This document shows, in pieces, positions 16,635-25,990 of a stretch of DNA of 40,036 nucleotides (position 1 is the first letter of the stretch; each line of letters starts with the position of its first letter). The DNA is from an uncultured archaeon (GTDB lineage Archaea; Asgardarchaeota; Hermodarchaeia; Hermodarchaeales; Hermodarchaeaceae). The stretch covers positions 1 to 40,036 of the forward strand of contig CAYFXC010000006.1 in the NCBI GenBank assembly GCA_964347045.1, given 5' to 3'. The notes below the pieces were generated by a model. It saw only the letters and a list, made by a program, of their open reading frames with translations. It was not told the DNA's origin and made no database searches. A program made the position numbers and the translations under genes.

Positions 16635-19085
16635 CTAACGGCTTTTCGTTGTAGTGGTTAGCTCCGAGCCGAGTGGACCCATTTTAAGGATGGTCTTGAC
16701 AAAATCAGTAACAATCTCAGATAACCGGGCTCCCTCGGAGGCTGATGTGCTTCCAAAGATTAAGCGGTTGGGATTAATTCCCATTTCTTTTAGTAGAGGT
16801 AACATTTTGTTAACACGATTTTTTGCCCTTCTCATTCCTGTACGATAATGGCAGTCGGTTTCATAGCAACCTAAGACTGCTACTCCATCTGCTCCTTGGC
16901 TAAAAGCTTCAAGGATGAGTAAAGCATCCAAGCGGTTTGTACATGGCACACGAATCGGAATCATTTGTGGTGGATAGCGAATTCGATTTACGCCGGCTCT
17001 ATCTGCTGCAGCATAGGCACACCAATTACAGAGAAATCCGATGATAATGGGTTGTAGAGGGTTATCTTGACAGGCCGTTTCAACTGCAGAGAGAAGTTGT
17101 TGTCGAGTATATCCTGGTAAATCAAGAGCCCCGGTTGGACAAGCAGCGACACAAGCTCCGCAACCTGTACAAGCTAGCTCATCAATCTTGGGAAATTCAG
17201 AGGTTTCAAATGAGATAGCGTTTGCATCACAAGTCTTTTCACATAACAGGCAATTCTCACATAATGCTTCATTTACCACGGGTGCATAGACTTCTAAGTC
17301 GATTTTACGTCGATGTAGTAGAGAAGACGCCTGAGCAGCAGCTAGTCCAGCATGTGCTACAGAATCAGCAATATCTTTAGGTCCTTGGGAAGTACCGGCT
17401 AGAAATATCCCAGACGAATAAGTTCCAGTTGGATCTAGCTTGGGATGTTTTTCTAAAAAGAAGTTGTTCTCATCCAGTGGAATGTTAAGTAAAGTTGAAA
17501 GTTTTAGATTAGAAGGAGCAGGATCAATTCCAACACTCAAAACGACTAAATCGGCGGGGAACTCGATAGGCTCACAGAGTTCGGTATCTTCAGCACGAAT
17601 AAGAAGCTTCTTGGTTTTGGGATCTTCTTCGATTTCAGCAACCCGTCCTCGAATAAACGTAATCCCATGTTCACGAGCTGCTCGTTCGTAAAGTTCCTCA
17701 AACCCTTTTCCAAACGTTCGAATATCAGTGTAGAAAATAAATACTTCAGAATTGGGCTGGGCGAGACGAAGTTGAACCGCTTCTTTGACAGCATAGGTAC
17801 AACAGACACGACCGCAATAGGGTCGGTTAATCCGGATATCCCGGCTTCCAACACATTGTACAAATGCAATTCGTTTTGGTACATCTCCAGTTGATGGACG
17901 AACAATGACACCACGAGAAGGTCCTGCAGGGTCAAGTAACCGTTCCAGTTCTGGTGCAGTGATTACATCCGGATATCGTTCATAACCGTACTCACTTAGA
18001 TTTTGAGGATTGAAAGGTTCAAAACCCGTTGCAACAACGATTGCACCCACATTGAAGGTATGATCGCGTTCAATATCCTCAAACCGGATGGATTCTTTCT
18101 CACAAACACCAACACAGGATTGACAACCAACACAAGCTTCCATGTCGATATGGGGAGCTAATGGTACTGAGCTGGGATAAGGACGAATTATTGCCTGTCG
18201 AGAACCCATTCCATAGTTATACTCATTGGGTTCTTCAATCGGGCAGATTTCAAGACACTTGTTGCAACCATTACAAGTTTCCAAGTCAACATACCTAGGT
18301 TCTTGATGGATATTGATCTGGTATGCGCCTGGTGTTCCTTTAAGATCTGTGAGTTCACTTAGCGTGAAAACTTTGATTTTCGGATGATTTTCCACTTTTG
18401 TCATGAGAGGTCCTAAAATGCACAAACTGCAATCAAGGCTAGGAAAGAGTTTGTCCCATTTAGCCATATGACCTCCTAAAAACCCACTCTTTTCAACAAG
18501 AACGACTTCATGACCTGCGTTAGCAAGTTGAAGAGCCGATGTAACACCGGCGGGTCCCCCACCCAGTACAAGTACACGCTTGGTAATTGGTACGCTAACA
18601 GAGCTGATGGAAAGTCCATGTTGGGCCATTTCTATTGCTGCATCAATCATAAGACGGGCTTTTGCGGTAGCGGCTTCAGGATTATCCCAATGCACCCAAC
18701 TACATTGTTCACGGATATTTGCGATTGAAAGATGTCCTCGATTTAGTCCTGCTTCTTCTACGGTTTGGCTCATGAGCTCACCTTGAAGCTGTGGCGAGCA
18801 AGCTGCAACCACAACATGACTAACTTTTTTCTTTCGGATTGTATCACGGATTAAATTCAATCCCTGTTCTACACAAAAGTGGGCATCATCAACAACAATA
18901 AGATTAGGTTGCTTCTTGTAATGGTTAATCAACGCGTCAACATTGATAATGCTTGCGATATTTGATCCACAGTGACAAATAAATAATGCCGTTTTAGATG
19001 GTGATTTTTGTGTAAGTTTACGGCGAGTTTTCTTGGGTTTAGTTATCTTACCTTTTATTTTGGAAGGTTTTGCCACCGCAGTCAC
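16635..19085 (-). CDS. hdrA: Heterodisulfide reductase subunit A fused to C-terminal MvhD
   Basis: FICHCGSNI, AACSP, NIREQCSWVH, FAD motif VLGGGPAG, QCVGSRD, CGRVCCTYAVK, two ferredoxin pairs; MvhD part GFLCNWCAYAAAD...IRVPC...GC...CHY. Confidence 0.95.
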   Translation of the reverse strand: MTAVAKPSKIKGKITKPKKTRRKLTQKSPSKTALFICHCGSNIASIINVDALINHYKKQPNLIVVDDAHFCVEQGLNLIRDTIRKKKVSHVVVAACSPQLQGELMSQTVEEAGLNRGHLSIANIREQCSWVHWDNPEAATAKARLMIDAAIEMAQHGLSISSVSVPITKRVLVLGGGPAGVTSALQLANAGHEVVLVEKSGFLGGHMAKWDKLFPSLDCSLCILGPLMTKVENHPKIKVFTLSELTDLKGTPGAYQINIHQEPRYVDLETCNGCNKCLEICPIEEPNEYNYGMGSRQAIIRPYPSSVPLAPHIDMEACVGCQSCVGVCEKESIRFEDIERDHTFNVGAIVVATGFEPFNPQNLSEYGYERYPDVITAPELERLLDPAGPSRGVIVRPSTGDVPKRIAFVQCVGSRDIRINRPYCGRVCCTYAVKEAVQLRLAQPNSEVFIFYTDIRTFGKGFEELYERAAREHGITFIRGRVAEIEEDPKTKKLLIRAEDTELCEPIEFPADLVVLSVGIDPAPSNLKLSTLLNIPLDENNFFLEKHPKLDPTGTYSSGIFLAGTSQGPKDIADSVAHAGLAAAQASSLLHRRKIDLEVYAPVVNEALCENCLLCEKTCDANAISFETSEFPKIDELACTGCGACVAACPTGALDLPGYTRQQLLSAVETACQDNPLQPIIIGFLCNWCAYAAADRAGVNRIRYPPQMIPIRVPCTNRLDALLILEAFSQGADGVAVLGCYETDCHYRTGMRRAKNRVNKMLPLLKEMGINPNRLIFGSTSASEGARLSEIVTDFVKTILKMGPLGSELTTTTKSR

Positions 19086-19154
19086 CGTTTATCTTCGCCC
19101 AGTTTTTAGGCAGCAATATGTGCTTTAACACTTTTTACGTTACTATTTTCGAAT

Positions 19155-19283
19155 TTAATTATAAATTCCACCGCCAATTCGCATAAAGAAGGCCAGAAGA
19201 GTGCCTCCAAATCCGAATCCAAGGAGAGCGTCTGGGGCAGCGATACCGAAGAAAATGAAGATCACGATACCGCCCAAAAGCTT
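19155..19283 (-). pseudogene. hppA: Internal fragment of membrane H+/Na+-translocating pyrophosphatase
   Basis: Manual translation KLLGGIVIFIFFGIAAPDALLGFGFGGTLLAFFMRIGGGIYN* matches the HppA segment 'LLGFGFGG..LA.F.R.GGGIY(TKAADVGADLVGK)'. It is bounded by stops on both sides. Confidence 0.8.
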
Positions 19284-19323
19284 TTAGGAAAAAAGACAGA
19301 AATTTGTAATTGGTGGTGGGGAC

Positions 19324-19797
19324 GTGACTAGAGACGAGCAGAAATACTCTGATTATGTTAAGGATTTGTCAAAAGTACGTGTGACCATGTTGTCTCTTAT
19401 TTCAGGGTTTACGTTCACAACTATTATTTTTCTTCTTTATTGGCTTCCAGACCCAACCAGTCTTCTTGCTCAAATAACTCTTCTCTTCTTAACAATTATC
19501 TTTAGCTTGCTCTTATTCTTGCTAGTTTGGCAAACGGTAATCGTGATGGGTTTATATGATGTGCGTAATCCACCATCTCGTGAAAAATGGGAATTAACCG
19601 TTTTCAATTTGATATTGTTCGTAATTTTCTTTCTTTGGGGTTTAACTCCAACACTGATTTTCTTTCTGTGGAACCTTGTTTATCTTGCACTGGCAGCAGC
19701 TATTATGTGGATTCTAATCTTCATTTTTAGTGAACGCGTAGCACGGGCAATGCGTAAACGCTTAGGCTGGTCAATCAGAGAGGGACTAAAAAGCTAA
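19324..19797 (+). CDS. 4-TM membrane protein of unknown function
   Basis: 157 aa with four hydrophobic helices; GTG start after GGTGGTGGG; AT-rich promoter-like AAAAGCTTTTA upstream. Confidence 0.8.
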   Translation: MTRDEQKYSDYVKDLSKVRVTMLSLISGFTFTTIIFLLYWLPDPTSLLAQITLLFLTIIFSLLLFLLVWQTVIVMGLYDVRNPPSREKWELTVFNLILFVIFFLWGLTPTLIFFLWNLVYLALAAAIMWILIFIFSERVARAMRKRLGWSIREGLKS

Positions 19798-19939
19798 GAG
19801 GGTTTACACTGTAGATAACTTAGGAAACCGTTTTCTAATCTAATTATTGAGGCATTGGGTATATTACACCTCATAGTAATAACCGAAGAGATAAAGGGAG
19901 AAATCTGAAAACATTACTAATAGGCTGTGTCGAAAGTAG

Positions 19940-20407
19940 ATGGTGGACAAAAAAGTAAACCCAATGCAGTTGTACAAGCTTCTTCCCCAGACGAATTGTA
20001 AAAAGTGTGGTATGACTTGTATGGCTTTTGCTACCCGCCTTGCTCTACGTGAAGTGGAATTAAAGGATTGTACGCCCCTTCATGAAGAGGAGCAATACAA
20101 AGAACAAAACGCTAAACTCAATGATCTCATCACACCTCTTCTCGATACCGAGGAAACTGGTCTTAAACTCGATGACACAAAATGCACTGGATGTGGCAAT
20201 TGTGTAGTCGTCTGTCCTGTGGATGCCTCCGCGGAACCAGATACCGCTTCAGGAAAGGCAGCTCGTTCAAATGACACTGTCTTTCGCGTCGAGGATGGTC
20301 GGGTGAAAATCACTAATCTAGAAAAATGTCGACGGTTTCCCCCAGAACGAATGAATTGTCGCGTCTGTGAACAAGGATGCTATATTAACGCCATTGAAAT
20401 ATGGTAG
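19940..20407 (+). CDS. Fe-S-binding domain plus 2x[4Fe-4S] ferredoxin (FwdG-like)
   Basis: N-terminal 'LPQTNCKKCGMTCMAFA...CTPL' FeS domain; CTGCGNCVVVCP and C..CRVCEQGC; immediately upstream of the fwdB-like gene. Confidence 0.85.
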   Translation: MVDKKVNPMQLYKLLPQTNCKKCGMTCMAFATRLALREVELKDCTPLHEEEQYKEQNAKLNDLITPLLDTEETGLKLDDTKCTGCGNCVVVCPVDASAEPDTASGKAARSNDTVFRVEDGRVKITNLEKCRRFPPERMNCRVCEQGCYINAIEIW

Positions 20408-20442
20408 CCATTGATCTCACCTTTAATTGAAGTGAATAAAAC

Positions 20443-21726
20443 ATGCAAGATACGGTTTGCTGTGGTTGCTCAGTGGTCTGCGATGATGTAGCAGTATCAA
20501 AGAAAAAAACAGAGCTACAATCGTTAGGACTCTGTCGACTCGGTCACGAATACTGTAATGCCATCTTCAGTAGCAAACGTCTTACAAAACCCCTACAGAA
20601 AAATAGCAATGATAACCAAAACCCAATCACGTTTAAAGCGGCTCTTCAACAATCCATTAGTCTCCTTTTAGAAAGCAAAAAACCGCTATTCTTGGGCTGG
20701 TCAAATAGTACAACAGAGGCTATCAAGAATGGATTGAAGCTAGCCCAACACACAAAAGGAGTCTTTGATAGTACAGCAAGCTTTGAGTACGGACAACTAT
20801 ACGACGCAAAACTCCAAGGGGGTGAAGCCAGACAACTTCAGTTAGAGGAGGTCCGCGACTTTGCAGACCACATTGTTTATTGGGGAGTCAATCCCGCAGA
20901 AAGCCACCACCGACACGCCAGCCGATATACTGTTTTTCCAATGGGAAAGAATATTCCCGAAGGTCGTGAAAGCCGTGTTGTATCAGTAATAGATATCCGA
21001 GAAACCGAATCAATGCGGCTTGCGAACCATCAGCTCATACTATCACCAAATACTGGAGATGTGGAATTCCTTCAATTTTTAATAGCCGAACTCGAAGGGA
21101 CCCAAGAGCACTTGCCTGAAAATGTGGCTGGCGTTCCTACAATTGAATTTCTTAGCTTTTCCAAACAGCTTCAGGAAGCAGATAATGTTGCCCTATTTTA
21201 TGGAAATGGCCTATTACATGCATCTCATTCTTCCAAAAGCCTACCATTGATCGCTGAAGTGAGAAGACTTCTCACCCGCGATCAGCACCAATGTTGGACT
21301 TTACCAATGATAGCGTATTGTAATACAATTGGTGCTGTGAGAGCTAGTCTTGAAGCCCATAAGCTTCCATTTTCTATTGATTTCAGTTCAACACCTATCA
21401 AACCCGTTAACTCAATCGAAAAGAGCATCACTGATTCTGAATTTGACTGTGCACTCATTGCTGGTTGGGATGCGTTAAGCTTCTTGCCCGGACCTGTGGC
21501 AAAAGCACTTTCTGAAATCCCAATAATTGCGCTATCTACGCATCCTACTCTAACCACGCAAAAATCTTCAATAGTTTTTCCTGTTGCCCTCACAGGCGCA
21601 GAGACTAATGGAACAGTCTATCGGATGGATGGCACAGCAGTAGCATTGAAACCTTTCAACGACCCCCTGAAGGGAATTTTCACCGAGGAAGAACTAATTG
21701 ACCAGTTCTTGACAAATCTCGGTTAA
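20443..21726 (+). CDS. fwdB: Formylmethanofuran dehydrogenase subunit B-like protein, catalytic residues substituted
   Basis: CCGCSVVCDD...CRLG, GWS, 'EVRDFADHIVYWGVNPAESHHRHASRY', 'GTVYRMDG' are FwdB signatures; metal-ligand motif altered (see findings). Confidence 0.88.
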   Translation: MQDTVCCGCSVVCDDVAVSKKKTELQSLGLCRLGHEYCNAIFSSKRLTKPLQKNSNDNQNPITFKAALQQSISLLLESKKPLFLGWSNSTTEAIKNGLKLAQHTKGVFDSTASFEYGQLYDAKLQGGEARQLQLEEVRDFADHIVYWGVNPAESHHRHASRYTVFPMGKNIPEGRESRVVSVIDIRETESMRLANHQLILSPNTGDVEFLQFLIAELEGTQEHLPENVAGVPTIEFLSFSKQLQEADNVALFYGNGLLHASHSSKSLPLIAEVRRLLTRDQHQCWTLPMIAYCNTIGAVRASLEAHKLPFSIDFSSTPIKPVNSIEKSITDSEFDCALIAGWDALSFLPGPVAKALSEIPIIALSTHPTLTTQKSSIVFPVALTGAETNGTVYRMDGTAVALKPFNDPLKGIFTEEELIDQFLTNLG

Positions 21727-21794
21727 TCCGATTTTTCGATAAATGACAATCCTTTAAGCAATATGACCAGTTACTACGAATAGCGGTGCCAACC

Positions 21795-22598
21795 ATGAAA
21801 GTAGCAGTTGCGGGAAAAGGAGGGGTTGGAAAAACACTCGTCGCAGGAACACTTGCACGATTTCTGGGACGAAAAGATATACAAGTCCTAGCCGTCGATG
21901 CCGACCCTACTCCAACGCTAGCATCAACATTGGGAATTCCGCCTGAGATTGCCGAACAAATCGTTCCCCTAACCGAAAACGATGAGCTCATAGAAGAACG
22001 AACAGGCATGAACAAACAGACTTTTGGTGGGATGTTCAAACTCAATCCACATGTATCCGACCTTGCGAAGAAATACGGAGTCCCTGGACCCGATAATGTC
22101 ACGCTTTTAGTTGCCGGAACAGTCACGATTGGTGGAACAGGCTGTATGTGTCCTGCGGGTGCACTTCTCAAAGCGCTCATACGACACCTCATTGTCGGAA
22201 GTGATGAAGCATTTGTCATGGACCTGGAAGCAGGAATTGAAAATCTTGGTAGAGGAACAACACGTGGGATGGATGCCCTCATCACCGTTGTAGAATCAGG
22301 ACAGACTTCAATTTCCACTGTTGCTCGAATTAAGAAGCTTGCTTCAGATATCGGCGTTGATACAATCTTTGCGGTTGGAAACAAAATCATAGATGAAATC
22401 GATGAAAATGCTATTCGGACGACTTTAGAAGAATTGGAAATACCACTGTTAACGGTTATTCCCTTTGACAAAGCAATTCGAAACGCAAATCTGGAAGGTA
22501 AAGCGCCCATAGATTATGCTCCAAATTCAGCGGCTATTCAAGCCATCAAAAAACTCATCCCAGAACTCCAAAACCGGCTTAATCATCGCTTTAAGTGA
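21795..22598 (+). CDS. cooC: CO dehydrogenase/ACS nickel-insertion ATPase (CooC/AcsF family)
   Basis: MKVAVAGKGGVGKT, DADP, FKLNP, Ni-binding GCMCP, DLEAGIENLGRG. Confidence 0.93.
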   Translation: MKVAVAGKGGVGKTLVAGTLARFLGRKDIQVLAVDADPTPTLASTLGIPPEIAEQIVPLTENDELIEERTGMNKQTFGGMFKLNPHVSDLAKKYGVPGPDNVTLLVAGTVTIGGTGCMCPAGALLKALIRHLIVGSDEAFVMDLEAGIENLGRGTTRGMDALITVVESGQTSISTVARIKKLASDIGVDTIFAVGNKIIDEIDENAIRTTLEELEIPLLTVIPFDKAIRNANLEGKAPIDYAPNSAAIQAIKKLIPELQNRLNHRFK

Positions 22599-22604
22599 AA
22601 AGCT

Positions 22605-23210
22605 ATGCCAATTATCGCCTGGGTCAACTTCCTTATTCTCCATGTTGTTACGATTCTTTGTTGGTGGTTTTATATCCGCAGCGTCCAGCCCTATAGTAGA
22701 GCCATGAAATTTGGTCCCATTGCTTGGAAAATAGCAAAACGTGATCGGTTCATCACAGGGATTCTTATGATCGTCATCGTTGTTAACATGCTACTCTGGC
22801 TCTGGTTACCCATTCCAGGACTTGCATGGTTTGTGAGCTTAAACTGGCTCTTCAGTATTCTAATCGGTGTTGTCCTTGCCTGTGTTTTTACACCAATTTG
22901 GATCAAAGGTATAAAGGATGCAGGTCGTGAAACCATGGAACCCTCTGAGTCAACCCAGATGTATGGAGGAATTTACAATTACATACGTCATCCACAAATG
23001 TTGGGTGAGATGCCTTGGTTTGTCATTATCGCTTTATTTCTTAACTCCCTTTTACTTGTGATTTGGTCCATTCTCATGATTCTTATCACAAGCCCAATCA
23101 TCATCTATTACGAAGAAAAGGATTTAGTAGAACGATTCGGTGACGATTATAGGGAATATCAACACCGAACAGGGGCCGTATTCCCAAAGCTTAGAAATTC
23201 GAAAGACTGA
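22605..23210 (+). CDS. Isoprenylcysteine carboxyl-methyltransferase/PEMT family membrane protein
   Basis: 'GIYNYIRHPQMLG' and 'EEKDLVERFGDDYREYQ' motifs; about 5 TM segments. Confidence 0.88.
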   Translation: MPIIAWVNFLILHVVTILCWWFYIRSVQPYSRAMKFGPIAWKIAKRDRFITGILMIVIVVNMLLWLWLPIPGLAWFVSLNWLFSILIGVVLACVFTPIWIKGIKDAGRETMEPSESTQMYGGIYNYIRHPQMLGEMPWFVIIALFLNSLLLVIWSILMILITSPIIIYYEEKDLVERFGDDYREYQHRTGAVFPKLRNSKD

Positions 23211-23259
23211 GGGATTTCATTGCTACCCAAAGCTTTTCGTAACACTTCACGTTAATGTT

Positions 23260-24465
23260 ATGGTGGTGAGCTTTTTGCAGGCCATAACCAATGCAACAAT
23301 TTTATGTCCTGTACAGGGTCGAATAAAAAAAGGAACACTTCTTTTTAATCGTGGAAAAATCGTAGGTGTGGGTAAATCCATTCCAATACCAAGCAAAACC
23401 AAGATTATCGATGTTGATGGACAATATGTAGTTCCCGGATTTGTTGAAGCCCATGCCCATCATGGATTGTTTGATGGAACAATTGGACCGATGGGTCAAG
23501 ATGGCAATGAAATGACTACACCGATTACACCAGAAATGCGAGGAAAAGATGGTTTTTATCCGTTTGAAGGATCCCTTAAGGAGATTCTGAAAGGCGGTGT
23601 AACCACCGTAAATACGGGTCCAGGGTCAGGGAATGTCATTTCGGGAGAAGCGTTTGTTTTCAAACCCATTCCTGAAACAATTATCGAAAACATGATCGTC
23701 TTGTCTCCATCAGGTTTGAAAATCGCATTGGGCGAGAATCCAAAGCGGATTCATGGTCATGAGAATAAACGAATGCCTATGACCCGAATGGGAATTGCTG
23801 CATTACTTCGTAAAACCTTCACTGATGGTCAGAATTATTTGGATGAATGGAAAGCCTTTGGTGCCAAGGCTAAGGAAGCTAAAGAGAAAGGTGAAGCCAT
23901 TCCTAAACCACCTAAACGGGATATCGGGTTTGAAACCATTGCAATGGTTCTTAAACGTGAAATCCCAGTTCACGCCCATTGTCACCGAGCCGATGACATT
24001 GCGACCATCATTCGTATTGTTGAAGAGTTCAATTTGCGATTAGTCCTCATCCATTGCACGGAAGGGCACAAGATAACGAAATTCCTTGCCAAAAAACAAT
24101 ATCCCGCAGTAATTGGACCTACAATGATTTGGTCAGGAAAACCTGAGGTCAGGGAGAAAGGATTCAAGACTGCTGTAATCCTCAATGATGCAGGTGTTAA
24201 AGTAGCCCTTCAAACAGATTCACTTACCCCCGCGCTTTATTTCCCCCTACTTCCAATGCATGCAATTAAGGAGGGAATGAGCCGTGACGATGCACTTAAA
24301 TGTGTCACCATTAACCCCGCAGAGATTTTGAATCTCCAAAACCGAATTGGGTCCTTTGAACCCGGAAAAGATGCAGACATTGTTATTTGGTCAGGTCATC
24401 CCTTTGAATTCTACAGTCAAGTCACCGAAGCCTATATCAACGGCAAGAAAGTGCCAATCGAATAA
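23260..24465 (+). CDS. Metal-dependent amidohydrolase (imidazolonepropionase-like superfamily)
   Basis: PGFVEAHAH, KIALGENPK, HCHRADDI, IHCTEG, 'IGSFEPGKDADIVIW'. Start moved from 23140 to ATG 23260 to avoid overlap. Confidence 0.9.
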   Translation: MVVSFLQAITNATILCPVQGRIKKGTLLFNRGKIVGVGKSIPIPSKTKIIDVDGQYVVPGFVEAHAHHGLFDGTIGPMGQDGNEMTTPITPEMRGKDGFYPFEGSLKEILKGGVTTVNTGPGSGNVISGEAFVFKPIPETIIENMIVLSPSGLKIALGENPKRIHGHENKRMPMTRMGIAALLRKTFTDGQNYLDEWKAFGAKAKEAKEKGEAIPKPPKRDIGFETIAMVLKREIPVHAHCHRADDIATIIRIVEEFNLRLVLIHCTEGHKITKFLAKKQYPAVIGPTMIWSGKPEVREKGFKTAVILNDAGVKVALQTDSLTPALYFPLLPMHAIKEGMSRDDALKCVTINPAEILNLQNRIGSFEPGKDADIVIWSGHPFEFYSQVTEAYINGKKVPIE

Positions 24466-24690
24466 ATTCATGAATCAAAGTGAAGGATTCGGAAAGAATA
24501 TAGCAATTTTTTCTTGCTTAACCAAGGCGATAGAACTTGTCTCGAGCACATAAATCTACAATTGCCATCATTGCATTGCTTCTTTTGGCATTTGTTGCTC
24601 ACTTAGGATTATCATTCAAACACAACAAATGTGTTAATACTCCAATGACATAAGATTTTTGGAATCCAACATGGTAAGTTACGATATTTT

Positions 24691-25521
24691 CTAGTTCCAA
24701 CGTTTTTTTCCAAACCGCAAACTAACAAGACTAGTTACTGAAATTGCAATGACTAATAACAGGAACATGAAAATAAAGACCAGCATAGTAAAACCCGTTG
24801 GGAGAGCCATAGCGAGAAATCTGTTCCCAATAGTTCGTTTCAAATGATATTCTCCATTATTTCTGAATTGATGCTCATCTGTGGCAAACTGATAATTTGT
24901 AAGAACTCCATCAGGAGCATATGAAATTGCGAACGAAAATGCAATAGTGTCATTTTGAGAATAGCGATCTGTGTTAACAACAATAGTGGCTTGAAATTGC
25001 CCATTATTGGGATTATTAAAGGAACAGAGAGAGTGATTTACAGTGGGATTTGCAATTATCGCAGAAACCGAATTACTCCAGCTTTCATTATGTGCTTCCC
25101 AACTGTTATTGAGAAAAAAGAAGTTGCAAGGTGTAAGATATGAAAGTCTAGGAGAAATATTAAAGCTTGTAGAATCAGATCGATTATCATCATCCCAATC
25201 ATATGAATTTAGTTTAAAAGAGAAAATGTTATTCATGGGTATAACAGAGTGATTCAAATCACGAAAACCCAAACTGACATGGAAACCTTTGAAGTTTGTT
25301 ATCAATACACCGCCAGACGATGTTTGATAGATTGTTATTTGGAAGTTTGTGGTAGCTATGGAACTGAATTCCTCCTCGTCGTCCTCTTGGATGACATCCT
25401 CTAACCTGCTCTCATAGTAATAAGTAAAGGAATCATATGTAGGGAGATTTGTCTGTTGAATACTAAGGGATAATATAATTGTAAATAGCAAAAATCCTAT
25501 CCATGTTTTCCAGCGATTCAA
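24691..25521 (-). CDS. Exported, C-terminally membrane-anchored hypothetical protein
   Basis: N-terminal signal peptide, Asn/Ser-rich body with many N-x-S/T sequons, C-terminal TM helix plus basic tail. Confidence 0.7.
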   Translation of the reverse strand: MNRWKTWIGFLLFTIILSLSIQQTNLPTYDSFTYYYESRLEDVIQEDDEEEFSSIATTNFQITIYQTSSGGVLITNFKGFHVSLGFRDLNHSVIPMNNIFSFKLNSYDWDDDNRSDSTSFNISPRLSYLTPCNFFFLNNSWEAHNESWSNSVSAIIANPTVNHSLCSFNNPNNGQFQATIVVNTDRYSQNDTIAFSFAISYAPDGVLTNYQFATDEHQFRNNGEYHLKRTIGNRFLAMALPTGFTMLVFIFMFLLLVIAISVTSLVSLRFGKKRWN

Positions 25522-25668
25522 CTGAAAACATCCTCCAAGAGATCCCTTCCAGATTGGAATTAATTATGATATTGCATTTTATCCTTTCTATTTTTACATT
25601 ACATCCTAATCCTAACATAAGAGATTCAATTCAAATCAAAAAAGAAGAAAAAAGTGGGGAGAGGCTGA

Positions 25669-25965
25669 CTAGTTGATCTTGACATCAACTGTCTTGATTG
25701 CCTCTCGGAATGGAAGTGTTATGTTGAGGAAGCCATCTTTGTATTCCGCTGACGTTTTGTCAACGTCGATGGCATGAGCGAGGTGATAGCAAGTCGAATA
25801 CTCGACGTCGCCTCGTACACCCGATATGCACAAACTATGTTGGGTGGCCTGGACCTCTACATCTTTCTTCTTCACTCCAGGGAGTTCAGCCTCTACTGTA
25901 TAGCGCTCTGCGTCATGGGAAACGCAGGTTGCAGGAGTAATTCTAACACTAGGTTCGTCAGGCAT
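25669..25965 (-). CDS. Small heat-shock protein (Hsp20/alpha-crystallin)
   Basis: 'AELPGVKKKDV' and 'AEYKDGFLNITLP'; ATG 25965 preceded by GGAGG. Confidence 0.92.
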   Translation of the reverse strand: MPDEPSVRITPATCVSHDAERYTVEAELPGVKKKDVEVQATQHSLCISGVRGDVEYSTCYHLAHAIDVDKTSAEYKDGFLNITLPFREAIKTVDVKIN

Positions 25966-25990
25966 GGTAAGTACCTCCAAATAATCATAA

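Noticed and set aside
20775-20795. TGA near the FwdB ligand site as selenocysteine
   Set aside because: The TGA in 'ctttgagtac' is out of frame; the in-frame reading is F-E-Y and homology continues in that frame.
21680-22510. 276-aa antisense ORF and other long shadow ORFs (26707-27270, 29899-30465, 12191-12643, etc.)
   Set aside because: They lie fully opposite or within well-supported genes, have Ser/Arg-rich non-protein-like composition, and show no motifs.
23260-24465. Amidohydrolase as the missing FwdA
   Set aside because: Same superfamily, but about 400 aa with generic KIALGENPK/HCHRADD motifs and no FwdA signatures; FwdA is considerably longer.
24550-24655. Hydrophobic plus-strand stretch STIAIIALLLLAFVAHLGL as another anchor relic
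   Set aside because: No start codon, no clear basic tail or linker; could be chance in AT-rich DNA.
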